From positions 1,348,914 to 1,412,913 of the forward strand of contig OZ243975.1 in the NCBI GenBank assembly GCA_965214785.1: a DNA stretch of 64,000 nt. The letters are read 5' to 3'. Position numbers and translations under genes: made by a program. The notes under the pieces are model-generated. The model did not search any database and was not told the DNA's origin. It saw nothing but the letters and a program-made list of their open reading frames with translations. Shown in pieces: positions 17,660-27,394 of the stretch; positions within the stretch are counted from its first letter, which is position 1; the number at the start of each line of letters is the position of its first letter. The stretch comes from Arenicellales bacterium (GTDB lineage: Bacteria; Pseudomonadota; Gammaproteobacteria; Arenicellales; JAJDZL01).

Positions 17660-17712
17660 ATCGATCAATCCGCCTGTTTTCGACTCATTTGAATCGAACA
17701 TTCGCCTGCACT

Positions 17713-18846
17713 TTAAAGCGCATCGAGTGCCTGCCTTAGGTCATCGATCAATTCGTCAACATCCTCGATCCCAACGGACAGTCGTATCAGATTGACCGGC
17801 ACTTCGCTGTTTGGCCCTTCAATTGATCGTCGATGTTCAATCAGACTTTCCACACCGCCGAGTGAAGTTGCGCGGATAAATACATTGACCAAAGACACAA
17901 ACTTCATCGCAGGTTCCACCCCGCCGCAAATCTGTACTGACATCATGCCTCCAAATCCGTTTTTCATTTGCTTCTTTGCAACTTCGTAAGAGCTGTGGCT
18001 CGCAAGCCCTGGGTATAAGACTTTTTCAACCACCCGATGCGATTGGAGAAATTCTGCGATTTTCATCGCGTTTTCAGACGCTCGCTCATAGCGCAATGCC
18101 AGCGTTCTCATGCCTCTTAGCAATAACCATGCTTCGAACGAACCGAGAAGTCCGCCGGTGAGTTTACGCACCTCGTTGATTTCATTCCATTGAGGCGACA
18201 ATTCCCGGGTGACCAGAACACCAGCATTCAAATCACTGTGTCCGTTGAGATACTTCGTCGCTGAATGAAATACGATGTCTGCACCAAGCGCAAGAGCTTG
18301 CGTGGTAACAGGCGGTGCTATTGTGCAATCTACCGCTAGGATTGCGCCTGCGGCATGCGCCTCATTGGCACTCCTTTGAATGTCGATCACGTCCCAGGAT
18401 GGATTGATCGGTGATTCAATCCACACCAGTTTCGTCTTTCCCGGTTCGATGGCCTTTCCCAATGCATCGGGGTCCAGCGGATCAAACAGCGTCAGACCTA
18501 TGTTTCTTTTTTTGGAAATTCTACGCAGCCAGTCGACCGTACCGTGATACATCACTCTCGGTGCCACAATATGCTCTTCGCTGTTGACTGTTTCGAAAAC
18601 GCCAGCGATAGCAGCTAATCCGGAAGCGAAAAACATCGCGCCCATTCCACCTTCCATTTCGCATACTACTTTTTCCAGCTGACGATAAGTAGGGTTGCCA
18701 TATCGACCATAAACAAAATCTCCAATAAGGTTAAGATCCCGATCGCGGGCAAACGTAACAGAGGGCTCAATTGGTGGCACCACGCCGCCTGTGTTCGGAT
18801 CAATATAGTGGGCGGCTTGCGCCAACAGCGTTTTGTGATCAGTCAT
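17713..18846 (-). CDS. Cys/Met-metabolism PLP-dependent enzyme (cystathionine gamma-synthase/beta-lyase family)
   Basis: 377 aa. Contains the SATKYLNGHSD lysine motif typical of the trans-sulfuration family. Confidence 0.85.
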   Translation of the reverse strand: MTDHKTLLAQAAHYIDPNTGGVVPPIEPSVTFARDRDLNLIGDFVYGRYGNPTYRQLEKVVCEMEGGMGAMFFASGLAAIAGVFETVNSEEHIVAPRVMYHGTVDWLRRISKKRNIGLTLFDPLDPDALGKAIEPGKTKLVWIESPINPSWDVIDIQRSANEAHAAGAILAVDCTIAPPVTTQALALGADIVFHSATKYLNGHSDLNAGVLVTRELSPQWNEINEVRKLTGGLLGSFEAWLLLRGMRTLALRYERASENAMKIAEFLQSHRVVEKVLYPGLASHSSYEVAKKQMKNGFGGMMSVQICGGVEPAMKFVSLVNVFIRATSLGGVESLIEHRRSIEGPNSEVPVNLIRLSVGIEDVDELIDDLRQALDAL

Positions 18847-18876
18847 TTTTTCCTCGTTGGACTGTTGAATATCAAA

Positions 18877-19524
18877 TCAGTGAGAACAAAACCACCTTTG
18901 GATAATCTCGATTAATTCCATGCGATGGTGAGCCTCAAATGTAGGTTGCGCCGTGCGAATCCATTCGATGCGATGCCAGCCCCAGCTCACTGCGATCGTG
19001 GCAACACCTGCATCTTTTCCGTAATCTATGTCACTGACAGTGTCTCCGATAAAACACCCCTGATCGGGACCGTGTTTGTTTTCAGCGAGAACCTGTCGTA
19101 TCTTTGCAGTTTTTGTGCCAGGCATATCACCGCCGATAATATGCGCAAAATAATGTTCAAGTTGTGCATTTCGCAATACCTTGATCAACACCGGCTGCGA
19201 TGTGGCTGATACGATGCCCAGTTTCGCGACTTGACTCAAGGATTTGATTACTTCATCGATTTGAGAAAAAACCCGGTACCGATGCGCTACCCGATATAGT
19301 TCCCGGTCAATTTCTGCTATGAAGGTTTGCGACAGCTCATCTTCGATTCCAGCCACCTGACAAATCTCAGGTATCGACATGCGTTTGATATTGCGCAGAT
19401 GTTCTGGTTCAAACTGAACTTCGCGTCCCAGTACTCGTCCTGCGACGTTGACAGCATCGGAAAATAACCGGATCGAATCGACAACAACCCCGTCGAAGTC
19501 GAAAAGCACAGTTGCATTCATCAC
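18877..19524 (-). CDS. HAD-superfamily hydrolase (phosphoglycolate phosphatase-like)
   Basis: 215 aa. Motif I is FDFDGVVVDS and the C-terminal motif is GDTVSD. Confidence 0.8.
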   Translation of the reverse strand: MMNATVLFDFDGVVVDSIRLFSDAVNVAGRVLGREVQFEPEHLRNIKRMSIPEICQVAGIEDELSQTFIAEIDRELYRVAHRYRVFSQIDEVIKSLSQVAKLGIVSATSQPVLIKVLRNAQLEHYFAHIIGGDMPGTKTAKIRQVLAENKHGPDQGCFIGDTVSDIDYGKDAGVATIAVSWGWHRIEWIRTAQPTFEAHHRMELIEIIQRWFCSH

Positions 19525-19591
19525 AGTTGAAGATCCGCTGATCTGTCAGACAATACGAACCTAATCGCGTCACCTGCGCAAACTTCAATCA

Positions 19592-20917
19592 TCAGTTAAT
19601 TGATGGGACGAGACCGTCACGGCTGTATAGGCACCGGCCCATGCTCCACGTTTCACGTACATTGGCGCTATCGCCTAGGATGATGTACGCAAACAGTCGC
19701 TCTTCAGTGCTACGGCAATCACTGAGTTTTTGTGCGGTCAGTGGTCTGTTGCCATCATCAAGAATTACAAAATCAGCTTCTTTTCCCTGTTGCAGACTGC
19801 CGACGTGGCGGTCGATGTGCAACGATCGGGCGGCCCCAAGTGTCGCCATATAAAACAACATGAATGCATTTGGGTGACTACCAACCGCTCGCGCTACTTT
19901 ATAGAGTTCCTGCATTGTCTTGAGCATTGAAAAACTCGTGCCACCACCAATATCCGTCCCAAGAGACATTTTGATTGCGGCATTTGCGAGCCGGTCAGGA
20001 TTGACCAATCCGCTGCCTAAAAACAGATTCGATGTTGGACACAACGCAGCGCCAGCGCCGCTGTCAGCCAAGCGCTCACATTCCAAGTCGCTTAAATGGA
20101 CGCAGTGTGCGAAAACACAATGGTCGGTGACCAGACCGTATTTTTCATAAACACCAAGATAATCTGCACAATCCCGGTAGAGGTTGAGTGTCCACTTGAT
20201 TTCAGCTTGTGTTTCTGACAGATGAGTGTGAAATACAATTTGCGGATAACGCTTCACCAGCTCACCGCAGCTGAGCATTTGCTGATGGGTTGATGTACCG
20301 GCAAATCTCAAGGTGATGGCATAATTCTGACGTCCCTTTCCGTGCCACTTGTCAATGAGATGTTCGGATTCGCTAATTCCGTAATCTTCGCCATCGCACA
20401 GCCGTTCGGGAGCATGACGATTCATCAACACTTTACCGACGCTCATGCGCATGCCTTTGTCGCAGGCAGCTTCAAAGAACTCTTCAACCGACTGCGAGTG
20501 AACGGTAGGAAATACCAACGCACTTGTGGTGCCGTTTGCAGTGAGTTCATCTAAGAACTCTTTGGCAACTGTACGCGCATAACCGGTGTCAGAAAACCGA
20601 AGCTCTTCGGGAAAAGTATACTTTTCAAGCCACTCGATAAGCCCAGGAGCCGGAGAACCGACAATTCGACTTTGCGCGTAGTGGATATGCGTATCGATAA
20701 AACCCGGACAGATCAGGCAGTGCGGATATTCCAAAACCGGCATCGACTGGCTTACCTGATCAATGCACCGGTCAGCGGGATTCACACTGACAATTCGCCC
20801 ATTGCGAATAACCATCACAGCGTCTTGATGATAAAACCATGCATCCGAAGACCTCTGTGGGTCTTCGGTAAGAGAAAAAACCGGCCCGCGGACCGCAAAC
20901 TCCTTCATTGGCTTCAT
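19592..20917 (-). CDS. guaD: guanine deaminase
   Basis: 441 aa amidohydrolase. PGFIDTHIHYAQ metal-binding motif, with guanine deaminase-like length and an xdh-linked context. Confidence 0.85.
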   Translation of the reverse strand: MKPMKEFAVRGPVFSLTEDPQRSSDAWFYHQDAVMVIRNGRIVSVNPADRCIDQVSQSMPVLEYPHCLICPGFIDTHIHYAQSRIVGSPAPGLIEWLEKYTFPEELRFSDTGYARTVAKEFLDELTANGTTSALVFPTVHSQSVEEFFEAACDKGMRMSVGKVLMNRHAPERLCDGEDYGISESEHLIDKWHGKGRQNYAITLRFAGTSTHQQMLSCGELVKRYPQIVFHTHLSETQAEIKWTLNLYRDCADYLGVYEKYGLVTDHCVFAHCVHLSDLECERLADSGAGAALCPTSNLFLGSGLVNPDRLANAAIKMSLGTDIGGGTSFSMLKTMQELYKVARAVGSHPNAFMLFYMATLGAARSLHIDRHVGSLQQGKEADFVILDDGNRPLTAQKLSDCRSTEERLFAYIILGDSANVRETWSMGRCLYSRDGLVPSIN

Positions 20918-20923
20918 TTCAGC

Positions 20924-20970
20924 TAAAAATAGATAGGGGGTACCGTCTGGTACAATACCCCCCTTTTTTT
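20924..20970 (-). terminator. candidate intrinsic terminator after the BMP-binding-protein gene (possibly bidirectional)
   Basis: The minus-strand RNA reads A7-GGGGGGUAUUGUACCAGACGGUACCCCC-UAUCUAUUUUU, giving about an 11-bp stem with two G-U pairs. On the plus strand the shorter stem is followed by T7 (20964-20970). Confidence 0.5.
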
Positions 20971-20989
20971 CAATCGAAGCGAATTGGTG

Positions 20990-22066
20990 TTAGTTTGGAA
21001 TCACCCCGTCAACACCCATTACGAAGTAATTCATGCCAAGCATGTCGCCTTCACCGATTACTTCCCCTGCTCCGAGCACTTCATTGCCCTGCTGATCCAT
21101 CATGGGACCTGTGAACGGGTGTAGCGTTCCGGCACGAATGCCTTCAACCGTAGCTTGAGCATCAGCGATCACATCTGCCGGAAGTGAAGACTCATTAAAA
21201 GGCGCCATTACGATCATGCCCGCTGTAATGCCGTCCCAAACATCTCCAGACGACCATGTGCCGTCCATCGCCGCCTGGGTTCGCGCGACATAATACGGAC
21301 CCCAGTTGTTGACAATCGCAGTGAGGTGTGCGGTCGGTGCAAAAGCATGCATGTTAGAAGCTTGCCCGAACGCCATCGCACCGCGCTCTTCGGCAACCTG
21401 TAGCGGAGCCGGTGAATCAGTATGCTGGGTAATGATGTCAGCACCTTGATCAATTAGTGTTTTGGCTGCGTCACCTTCTTTACCTGGATCAAACCAGGTG
21501 CTGACCCAAACCACCTTGACTTTGGCATCCGGATTAACACTGCGCAAACCCATGGTGAATGAATTAATGCCGCGCACGACTTCGGGAATCGGAAATGATG
21601 CGATATAGCCGATGGTATTGGTTTTTGTCATTGCGCCGGCGATTCTTCCGATTACATAACGTCCTTCGTAGAATCGGGCATTGTAGGTTGCGACATTGTC
21701 GGATCGCTTGTACCCGGTTGAGTGCTCAAAATGCACGTCAGGAAATGTTTCGGCAACCTTAAGCGTTGGATTCATGAAACCAAACGAGGTCGTAAAAATC
21801 AGCTGGTGCCCATCAGCAGCAAGCTGACGAATCACTCGCTCGGCATCCTGACCTTCCGGAACATTTTCAACAATTGTTGTTTGTACTTTATCGCCGAATG
21901 CTTCTTCTACTTCAAGACGTCCGACGTTGTGCTGGTAAGTCCAACCGTGGTCACCGACCGGGCCAACATAGACAAACCCGACTTTAAAAGGATCTTGAGC
22001 AAAGGCACTGGCTGAAAACAGCAATGCCACCCCTGTAAGCAATGATAAATACCGAAATCCTCTCAT
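20990..22066 (-). CDS. BMP-family ABC transporter substrate-binding protein (purine/nucleoside type)
   Basis: 358 aa. Signal peptide MRGFRYLSLLTGVALLFSASAFA, then FKVGFVYVGPVGDHGWTYQH, which is typical of the PnrA/Med/BMP family. Confidence 0.85.
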   Translation of the reverse strand: MRGFRYLSLLTGVALLFSASAFAQDPFKVGFVYVGPVGDHGWTYQHNVGRLEVEEAFGDKVQTTIVENVPEGQDAERVIRQLAADGHQLIFTTSFGFMNPTLKVAETFPDVHFEHSTGYKRSDNVATYNARFYEGRYVIGRIAGAMTKTNTIGYIASFPIPEVVRGINSFTMGLRSVNPDAKVKVVWVSTWFDPGKEGDAAKTLIDQGADIITQHTDSPAPLQVAEERGAMAFGQASNMHAFAPTAHLTAIVNNWGPYYVARTQAAMDGTWSSGDVWDGITAGMIVMAPFNESSLPADVIADAQATVEGIRAGTLHPFTGPMMDQQGNEVLGAGEVIGEGDMLGMNYFVMGVDGVIPN

Positions 22067-22319
22067 TTTTTATTCTCCGTGTTTCAATGATTGACACTGA
22101 ATTGAAATTCAATGCACTGATAAGTTTATTTCGATTGTATGTTAATGCATTTGTCTGGTTTGCGACTAAAATTTGACGACACCTGTACGGGTCGACTTCA
22201 CTTGATAATTTATGAATAGAGTGCGTCGGCACATCTGACGGGATATCATTGACACAAACAACATTTGCTTTTTTGCAATCCAGGTCGGTTAGACGGCTAT
22301 ATAGACAAGGAGAAAGTCT

Positions 22320-23174
22320 ATGGAATCTATGGACAAAATTCAGGATTGGGGAACTCCTTTTTTTCAAGGGGTCGTCAACTTAATGCAGGATTTTCTAAGT
22401 TACCTGCCGCAAATTTTCGGTGCTGCGCTGTTTCTGATCGCAGGCTGGATTGTTGCTCGGCTAGCCAGAGCACTTTGCATGCGGCTGCTCAAGGGGATTG
22501 GACGGTTTTCACTGCTTGTTCGCATAACCAGTGCTTCGGCAAAGCCGAATATCGGTGAAGGTACCGTAACTGTCGTTGGAAATATTGTTTTTTGGATCAT
22601 CATCCTGTTTTTCCTGACTTTCGCCACCAACATTCTGGGAATGAGCATGTTTACTGACTGGCTCAGTGAACTAGTCACTCATTTGCCGAATATTATTTCC
22701 GGCGTTCTCATCATATGCGTTGGCATCATATTCGGCAATCTGGCCAATCAGGCTGCGATGTCAGCCGCACTGAACGTCACTGCATCACAACGTGTTGCGA
22801 TGGCTCGCGGCGCACAGTTTTTTATCACCATCATGCTGGTATTGATCGGTGTTGACCAGATTGGTGTTGACATCACCGCCATTATCATTGTCATTTCGGT
22901 CGTTGTCGGTGCACTGCTCACAGGTCTTGCAATTGCATTCGGCACCGGCGCACGCGCTTTGGTCAGCAACCTGATCGGAATTCGGTATTTGAGCCGAGAC
23001 TACAGTATCGGTGAAATGATCAAGATCGGCGATTATGAAGGTGTACTGATGGAAGTGACATCAGTTTCAGTGGTGATCGACACCGCTGACGGTCGCGTTA
23101 CGATACCTGCGCAAATGTTCTCTGATCAGCCGAGCACGCTGGTTATAAAGGATAAAGGCAATGACAATGAATGA
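22320..23174 (+). CDS. MscS-like / conserved TM-helix-repeat membrane protein
   Basis: 284 aa. Repeated LPxIxGAxLxLIxGWIVA-type TM helices, and a C-terminal GEMIKIGDYEGVLMEVTSVSVVIDTADGRVTIPAQMF resembling the start of the MscS beta-domain. Confidence 0.6.
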   Translation: MESMDKIQDWGTPFFQGVVNLMQDFLSYLPQIFGAALFLIAGWIVARLARALCMRLLKGIGRFSLLVRITSASAKPNIGEGTVTVVGNIVFWIIILFFLTFATNILGMSMFTDWLSELVTHLPNIISGVLIICVGIIFGNLANQAAMSAALNVTASQRVAMARGAQFFITIMLVLIGVDQIGVDITAIIIVISVVVGALLTGLAIAFGTGARALVSNLIGIRYLSRDYSIGEMIKIGDYEGVLMEVTSVSVVIDTADGRVTIPAQMFSDQPSTLVIKDKGNDNE

Positions 23175-24027
23175 ATCTGAAACTCTAAAGTTCGCTCAGC
23201 ATTTTGTAGAAAACCACAGTTACGAAGCGGCCCGGGCGATTGAAGAGCTGCCAAGCGATGTGGCAGGCGATTTCCTAAATGCGATTTCCAACCGGGCCAG
23301 TGAATCGGTGCTGGCGGCTATGGTGCCTTACCACGCCGCGAGGTGTGTTGAAGCAATGAAAGCCCTACCGGCTGCCAAATACCTCTCTGACATTACAGCT
23401 CAGGCTTCATCACGCATACTCAGGCAGGTTTCTAGCGAATCGCGACAAAACCTGCTCGCGGCTATGCCGCGCCATAAAGCACTGTACGTTTCACTTCTCC
23501 TGAGTTATCCGCAGTCGCTGGTCGGTGCGTGGATGGACCCGGCAGTATACCCACTCGATGCAGATGAGTCGGTAAATATTGCAAAAAACAAAATCTCAAG
23601 TCAACACTATAGCCATAGCGTCGTGTATGTCGTAGATAACAACAATCACGTTCTCGGAGGCGTTTCACTCATTGATCTTATTCAGCACAAAGATGAAAAC
23701 GCCAGTTTGAAATCCATTGCTAAAGATGCAGTAACTCCGATATTCGCCTCAACAACAATCGGTCGGGCAATCAAACCGGAGATTTGGGAAATGCACGATA
23801 TCCTTCCGGTCATTGACCGGGAGCGACAACTGATTGGCGTTGTGCGTTATGGTGATTTGCGCCGGGCAACAAGTTCTCCGCCTAACGTCAAATCTGCTTT
23901 GAATGATGATCGAAATCTACTCGGGATTACCGAAAGTTTCTGCTTGGGACTCGCAGACTTGATCAAAACATCTTTGGAACACCAACACGGACACGGATTG
24001 GCGCAAAACCAGGCCGAAAAGGAGTGA
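23161..24027 (+). CDS. soluble MgtE_N + CBS-pair protein (MgtE cytosolic-domain paralogue without a membrane domain)
   Basis: 288 aa. The N-terminal helical region resembles the MgtE N domain (EAARAIEELPSDVAGDFLNAI...). The central/C-terminal part is CBS-like (VVYVVDNNNHVLGGVSLIDL ... ILPVIDRERQLIGVVRYGDL). No TM helices. It overlaps the upstream gene by 14 nt. Confidence 0.65.
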   Translation: MTMNESETLKFAQHFVENHSYEAARAIEELPSDVAGDFLNAISNRASESVLAAMVPYHAARCVEAMKALPAAKYLSDITAQASSRILRQVSSESRQNLLAAMPRHKALYVSLLLSYPQSLVGAWMDPAVYPLDADESVNIAKNKISSQHYSHSVVYVVDNNNHVLGGVSLIDLIQHKDENASLKSIAKDAVTPIFASTTIGRAIKPEIWEMHDILPVIDRERQLIGVVRYGDLRRATSSPPNVKSALNDDRNLLGITESFCLGLADLIKTSLEHQHGHGLAQNQAEKE

Positions 24028-24031
24028 CAAT

Positions 24032-25351
24032 ATGAGTGACAATGCTAAAGTTAACGTTGCAGCAACTACACTGGCGCAGCATTTCTGCCGCCACGAGCCG
24101 CAAAGCGCCGCCTATAACCTCGAAAGTATACCTAGCGAGCATGCTTATGAAATTCTCAATGCCATCCCTGTTGAAATTTCCATTGCAGTTTGGGAAGCCC
24201 TGTCACCCTACGTAGCCGCACAGCTCATTGAATTTTTCACCGATGACAAAGCGATCATAATTCTCGAGTCGATGGACCCTGGAAAAAGCTCTTCGGTTCT
24301 GTCCCTACTTGAGTCCGAACGCAGAGAATCTTTGTTCGAACGCATCGATGAGGCAACAAAACGCGAGTTTCAAACACTGATTGAGTATCCACCAGACAGT
24401 GCCGGCTGGCTGATGGATACAAGAATCATGAGGTTTACGCCGGAGATGAAAGTCTCCGAAGCGCTCGCCATACTCAACCGCATCACCGACGATGTGCCGG
24501 TCTATGAACTGCGGTTGGTCGACAGTGAACAGCGTCTTCACTCAATTGTTGATATTAAAGACCTGGCGCTGAGCAAACCGTCGAGTTCATTACAGCAGAT
24601 TTCAAGGAATATTCCAGTGGTTGCATCCGCTGTTGACTCAAGAGAGGAAGTCGTCGAAAAAATGGAGAAATTCCGCCTTGAAGAACTGACCGTTATCGAC
24701 GAAGAAGGTCACATTTTAGGCGTGATTCGTCACTCTTCGCTGATCGGCGCACTAAAAGCCGACGCAACAATAGATATTCAGACAATGGTCGGTGCCAGTA
24801 AAGACGAGCGCGCAACTTCGAGCAGTTTTCTGGCAATCCGCAAACGAATGCCGTGGTTGCAGGTCAACCTGGTTACGGCTTTTCTGGCGGCAGCAGTAGT
24901 CGGTTTGTTTGAAGGGACAATCGCCCAGTTTACAGCGCTTGCAATTTTGCTTCCGGTTGTTGCCGGTCAATCTGGAAACGCCGGTGCACAAGCGCTCGCG
25001 GTGACAATGCGCGGTCTGGCGCTTCGTGAAATTCGAGTGCATGACTGGTTTAAGATGGCGGTCAAAGAGTCCACCGTTGGCCTGTGGAACGGAGTAGCCA
25101 TCGCAATCGTCTGTGGCATTGGTGTTTATATTTGGAGCGGACAAATTGGTTTGGTCGCTGTGATAATGTCGTCGATGATTATCGCCATGGTACTCGCCGG
25201 GCTGGCGGGCGCGCTGGTACCAATCGCGTTGACGCGTATCGGTCAAGACCCTGCGGTTGCCTCATCGATTGTGTTGACAACAATAACGGATATTGCAGGA
25301 TTTTTATCCTTTCTGGGGATTGCGACCTTGCTGTCGGGTATGTTGATGTAA
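24032..25351 (+). CDS. mgtE: magnesium transporter MgtE
   Basis: 439 aa. N domain, CBS pair and a C-terminal 5-TM domain with LLPVVAGQSGNAGAQALAV and TITDIAGFLSFLG motifs. Confidence 0.9.
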   Translation: MSDNAKVNVAATTLAQHFCRHEPQSAAYNLESIPSEHAYEILNAIPVEISIAVWEALSPYVAAQLIEFFTDDKAIIILESMDPGKSSSVLSLLESERRESLFERIDEATKREFQTLIEYPPDSAGWLMDTRIMRFTPEMKVSEALAILNRITDDVPVYELRLVDSEQRLHSIVDIKDLALSKPSSSLQQISRNIPVVASAVDSREEVVEKMEKFRLEELTVIDEEGHILGVIRHSSLIGALKADATIDIQTMVGASKDERATSSSFLAIRKRMPWLQVNLVTAFLAAAVVGLFEGTIAQFTALAILLPVVAGQSGNAGAQALAVTMRGLALREIRVHDWFKMAVKESTVGLWNGVAIAIVCGIGVYIWSGQIGLVAVIMSSMIIAMVLAGLAGALVPIALTRIGQDPAVASSIVLTTITDIAGFLSFLGIATLLSGMLM

Positions 25352-25382
25352 GCCGATTTTGCGCTGGTGTCGAAGTTTTTGA

Positions 25383-26315
25383 TTATGTATGCGGGTGAAA
25401 GATTTTTCCAATGCATGCGGGAGCGTTTAGTTTGACGCGAGCCGCGTTCTTCGATATCAGCACCAACACTACAATGGTTACCAAATAAGGTAGTGTCGAT
25501 AGAATCTGGCCTGGAAGCTGCACACCGATGCCTTGCAAGTGCAGCTGCAGAATCGTCACAGACCCAAAAAGATAAGCACCGATAATCAGCCGCCCCGGTT
25601 TCCAGGTGGCAAAAACTACCAGTGCCAGCGCAATCCATCCTCTTCCTGCAGTCATGTGTTCAACCCACATCGGTGTATACGACAGCGACAAAAACGCACC
25701 ACCGAGACCAGCCATCGCCCCACCGAACATGACAGCTAAAAACCGGATTTTAATTACCGAATACCCAATTGAATGCGCAGCATCATGTGATTCTCCTACC
25801 GCGCGAAGTACCAGTCCCGATCGGCAATGATTTAAAAACCAGTGCACGGCAATTGCCATAAATACAGAAAAGTAAATCAAAAAATCCTGTCCGAACAGCA
25901 ATGGACCTATGATTGGAATGTCGCCCAAAACGGGAAGATCAAGTGCGGGCATTTTGTCAATTGGCTGCCCGACAAATGGAATTCCCAAAAGCGAGCTCAA
26001 TCCCACTCCAAATAAAGTCAGTGCCAGCCCAGAAGCCACCTGATTGGCCAGAAAGATCAGTGTCAATACCGCAAACAGCATCGACATCAACATACCTGCA
26101 ACCAATGCAGCGAGGGTGCCAAGAAACCAGTTTCCAGTGGTCAGTGCTACAATAAATCCGCTGACCGCACCGAGCAGCATCATGCCTTCCACACCGAGAT
26201 TGAGCACGCCCGACTTTTCTGCCACCAATTCACCGGTCGCAGCCAGCAACAGCGGTGTCGCAGCACTGATGATCGTCAGTGCGACCAGTTCAATGGTTGT
26301 AATCGCTCCCATCAC
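25383..26315 (-). CDS. ABC transporter permease (BMP/nucleoside-type system)
   Basis: 310 aa polytopic protein with sequence typical of branched sugar/nucleoside ABC permeases. It overlaps the upstream permease by 4 nt. Confidence 0.85.
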   Translation of the reverse strand: MMGAITTIELVALTIISAATPLLLAATGELVAEKSGVLNLGVEGMMLLGAVSGFIVALTTGNWFLGTLAALVAGMLMSMLFAVLTLIFLANQVASGLALTLFGVGLSSLLGIPFVGQPIDKMPALDLPVLGDIPIIGPLLFGQDFLIYFSVFMAIAVHWFLNHCRSGLVLRAVGESHDAAHSIGYSVIKIRFLAVMFGGAMAGLGGAFLSLSYTPMWVEHMTAGRGWIALALVVFATWKPGRLIIGAYLFGSVTILQLHLQGIGVQLPGQILSTLPYLVTIVVLVLISKNAARVKLNAPACIGKIFHPHT

Positions 26316-27394
26316 TCAGCTGTGCCTCGATTCGTTAAAAATTTGAATTCAATTCGGTAATTAATTAAAAGATCACAAGCCAAAAGGAAAAACAGCAGCA
26401 TTCCTTGAAATACACCTGCAATGCCCAGCGGTAAACCCAGTTTAATCTGAACGAATTCACCGCCTAAATAGGATAACGCCAGCACCAAAGAGGCGAAAAT
26501 AATGCCCAGCGGATGCAGTCTTCCGAGGAAAGCAACAATAATTGCAGAAAATCCGTAGCCCGGCGATATGATCGGCTGTAACTGCCCGATGGGTCCTGCA
26601 ACTTCGATCATTCCAGCCAAACCCGCCAATCCACCGGCTCCCAGCAAAACGCACCACACCATCGTTTTATAGTGAACGCCGCTATATCGAGCAGCATGCG
26701 GTGCAAGACCTGCGACGCGAACCTGAAAACCCGCAATAGTACGCGACAACAGTACCCAACCGGTGATGATTACAAAAAGCGCGATGAATACACCTGCATG
26801 CAAGCGGGTTCCAGACAGAATCAATGGCACTTTCGCTACATCAGGAAAAATAACACTTTCCGGAAAGTTAAAACCCGCCGGATCCCGCCACGGTCCGTGA
26901 ATCAATGTACTCAATATCAAAATCGCCACATAGACTAGCAATAAACTTGTGAGTATCTCATTGGTATTAAACCGAGTCTTGAGAAATGCCGGAATCGATG
27001 CCCACGCCATGCCGCCTGCAATTCCGAGCAGTAACATAGCGGGCAGCATCAGTACATTTTGCGCGTCCGGAAAATAGATTGGCAAGGCGCTACCGGCCAG
27101 TGCGCCGATCGTAAATTGCCCTTCAGCTCCGATATTCCACACATTCGCACGAAATCCCATCGCCAGACCGACCGCAATCATCGCCAGCGGAGCTGCCTTG
27201 ATAAGCAGTTCACCCACGCCATACAGGTCGCTAATAGGCGCGATGAAAAAAGTGTACATGCTTTCCAGCGGTGACAGCCCCAGCAACGAGAACATGACCA
27301 TGCCTGTAATCAGACTCATCACCAATGCCATCACAGGCGTCAGCCACGACATGACTTTGGAGTGAGTTTGCCGAGGTACGATTCTAATTGGCAT
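26312..27394 (-). CDS. ABC transporter permease (BMP/nucleoside-type system)
   Basis: Polytopic membrane protein. I prefer the internal start MPIRIVPRQ (27394) to the track start 27430, which would overlap the ATPase gene by 47 nt. Confidence 0.8.
   Translation of the reverse strand: MPIRIVPRQTHSKVMSWLTPVMALVMSLITGMVMFSLLGLSPLESMYTFFIAPISDLYGVGELLIKAAPLAMIAVGLAMGFRANVWNIGAEGQFTIGALAGSALPIYFPDAQNVLMLPAMLLLGIAGGMAWASIPAFLKTRFNTNEILTSLLLVYVAILILSTLIHGPWRDPAGFNFPESVIFPDVAKVPLILSGTRLHAGVFIALFVIITGWVLLSRTIAGFQVRVAGLAPHAARYSGVHYKTMVWCVLLGAGGLAGLAGMIEVAGPIGQLQPIISPGYGFSAIIVAFLGRLHPLGIIFASLVLALSYLGGEFVQIKLGLPLGIAGVFQGMLLFFLLACDLLINYRIEFKFLTNRGTAE

Noticed and set aside
22067-22319. The leader of the MscS-like/MgtE operon, checked for an M-box (ykoK) Mg2+ riboswitch.
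   Set aside because: I could not find the conserved M-box core strings as I remember them. This is only a by-eye check, and a cmsearch with RF00380 would settle it.
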